Source: Xylographa opegraphella (taxonomy: Eukaryota). From it: a stretch of DNA of 64,000 nt. The notes below the pieces were generated by a model. The model worked only from the letters and a program-made list of their open reading frames with translations. It was not told where the DNA came from and did not search any database. The stretch is from NCBI GenBank assembly GCA_022813865.1, contig JALDZX010000050.1:62001-126000 (forward strand), written 5' to 3'. The translations under genes and the position numbers were made by a program. The stretch's first letter is position 1; every line of letters starts with the position of its first letter. Below are positions 62,397 to 64,000 of the stretch, in pieces.

Positions 62397-64000
62397 TTAC
62401 CAGTCCAGTGGCTCCTTGATCTCCTCACCACGGTTCGTGGTCGGGATAGGCGCGGCTTCGATTTTGACTGGCCCTGCCTTTCTGCCACGTCGAAGGTATC
62501 CCGGATCGCCGATCCAAGGTGACTCCATGGCCATTCTGCTTTCGAACTTTCGGATCTTGTCCTCCATTTGCATAGTCAAGCCGATGTCGTCAAGACCGTT
62601 CACCAAGCAATGCTTGCGGAACGACTCCACCTCGAAGTCAGCTAGCTTGTTGCCATGTGCGTCGTTGACAGTCTGGTTGACGAGGTCCACCTCGATCTCA
62701 CGCCCAGCTTTCGCTTCTTCGGCGACTTTGAGTAAAGTTGGCTGGTCTGTGATGCAAAGTGGAAGCATTCCGTTCTTGAAGGTATTATTGAAGAAGATAT
62801 CGGCGAAAGAAGGCGCGATGACGCATGTGATACCAAAGTCAAGCAGAGCCCATGGGGCGTGCTCTCGAGAGCTACCGCAACCAAAGTTGGCCCCCGTTAC
62901 AACTAGAATCTTCGCATGCCGATAGGGTTCCTTGTTAAGAACGAAATCTGGATTCTCGGAACCATCTTTGTCAAAGCGGAGGCTGTAGAAAAGAGCCGAA
63001 CCAAGGCCGGTCCGTTTGATGGTCTTAAGGAACTGCTTCGGAATAATAGCGTCGGTGTCGATGTTGGCTTTCTCCATAGGAGCGGCGATGGCCTTTAACT
63101 TGGTGAATTTTGGCATTGCAGTAATGTGCTCGGGTGCCTTACTTGCGGAGTGGTTGTCTTCCGGTATATCGAGAAGACGTTCTATATCGTCGTCTGACTC
63201 CAGTTCTGGAACATCGGTTTCAAGGTTCAACTTCGGGGATGCTTTCGCAGGTGCAGTGTCAGGATTTGCTAACTTTCGCACATCTGCAAGCTTTCCAACA
63301 ATAGCAGCTGCGGCCGCCATTGCCGGCGACATGAGGTGGGTTCGCCCACCAGCTCCTTGTCTACCCTCGAAGTTTCTGTTTGACGTACTCGCACAGCGCT
63401 CCTTAGGCGAAAGAATGTCAGGATTCATCCCTAGACACATCGAACAACCCGCCTCCCTCCATTCAAATCCGGCATTCAGAAATATTTTGTCCAGTCCTTC
63501 CGACTCCGCTTGCTGCTTTACAAGGCCAGATCCTGGAACGATCATCGCTCTCTTAAGATTTGGCGCGATTTTCTTGCCTTCAACAATTCGAGCGGCTATA
63601 CGTAAATCTTCAATCCGAGCGTTGGTGCATGAGCCGATGAAGACCTTGTCAACTTCAATGTCTTCTATTTTTGTGCCAGCAGTCAGACCCATGTATTCCA
63701 AAGCTCTCCTCGCACTATCCTTCTTCTCTGGTGTTGAAAAGTCATCAGGATTCGGAACAATGCCCGTGATAGGTAATACGTCCTGTGGCGAGGTACCCCA
63801 GGATACAGTAGGCGCTATGTCCTGGGCATTGATGAACACCTCTTCGTCGTACTTTGCACCATCATCAGATCTCAAGCTTGACCAGTATTTAATGGCTTTC
63901 GTCCATTCCGGACTATCCACTTTGGGAGCCAAGGGTCGGCCCATGAGATACTTGAAGGTTGTTTCGTCAGGCGCCACCATTCCCGCTCTCGCCCCTGCTT
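62397..64000 (-). CDS. LEU1: 3-isopropylmalate dehydratase (fused large and small subunits); 5' part lies outside the window
   Basis: '[15 protein letters not shown]', '[11 protein letters not shown]', '[12 protein letters not shown]', '[13 protein letters not shown]' and '[15 protein letters not shown]'. Confidence 0.96.
   Translation of the reverse strand, partial: AGARAGMVAPDETTFKYLMGRPLAPKVDSPEWTKAIKYWSSLRSDDGAKYDEEVFINAQDIAPTVSWGTSPQDVLPITGIVPNPDDFSTPEKKDSARRALEYMGLTAGTKIEDIEVDKVFIGSCTNARIEDLRIAARIVEGKKIAPNLKRAMIVPGSGLVKQQAESEGLDKIFLNAGFEWREAGCSMCLGMNPDILSPKERCASTSNRNFEGRQGAGGRTHLMSPAMAAAAAIVGKLADVRKLANPDTAPAKASPKLNLETDVPELESDDDIERLLDIPEDNHSASKAPEHITAMPKFTKLKAIAAPMEKANIDTDAIIPKQFLKTIKRTGLGSALFYSLRFDKDGSENPDFVLNKEPYRHAKILVVTGANFGCGSSREHAPWALLDFGITCVIAPSFADIFFNNTFKNGMLPLCITDQPTLLKVAEEAKAGREIEVDLVNQTVNDAHGNKLADFEVESFRKHCLVNGLDDIGLTMQMEDKIRKFESRMAMESPWIGDPGYLRRGRKAGPVKIEAAPIPTTNRGEEIKEPLDW

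Noticed and set aside
1..64000. Secondary-metabolite cluster, transposon or Starship element
   Set aside because: I recognised no PKS, NRPS or terpene synthase, no transposase, reverse transcriptase or tyrosine recombinase, and no LTRs or TIRs. The enzymes present are unrelated primary-metabolism genes.

Overview
A gene-dense 64 kb segment of a filamentous ascomycete (Pezizomycotina) chromosome, judged from short GT-AG spliceosomal introns with CTRAC-type branch sites and from the fungal protein families present. A lichen-forming lineage is only a guess. Recognisable genes, in order: PNS1 (truncated by the window), a C2H2 plus fungal-TF-domain regulator, a SAP30-like Sin3-complex subunit, MDJ1, BRO1, a small secreted DPBB (expansin/loosenin-like) protein, a GPR1/FUN34/YaaH (AlcS-like) transporter, RRP8, an Argonaute, mannitol-1-phosphate dehydrogenase, a SUR7/PalI protein, TIM21, GLO3, FOL1 (HPPK-DHPS), a nitronate monooxygenase, L-galactonate dehydratase and LEU1 (truncated). 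The best candidate for something undescribed is an accessory block between lgd1 and LEU1. It holds two diverged paralogues that share an unrecognised ~200-aa N-terminal domain followed by an NLS-like basic patch and long low-complexity tails. One of them carries a five-fold tandem SUMO-consensus (IKxE) array and a His/acidic pentapeptide repeat. Other points of interest are a DEDD-type Argonaute with an atypical C-terminus, a DPBB protein lacking the conserved aspartates, a GC-rich block that may be a structured RNA, a spliced 97-aa orphan ORF and a uORF whose stop overlaps a TF start codon. I recognised no tRNA, rRNA, CRISPR array or intact transposon. All identifications come from motif recognition by eye; no searches were run, and exon boundaries are manual.
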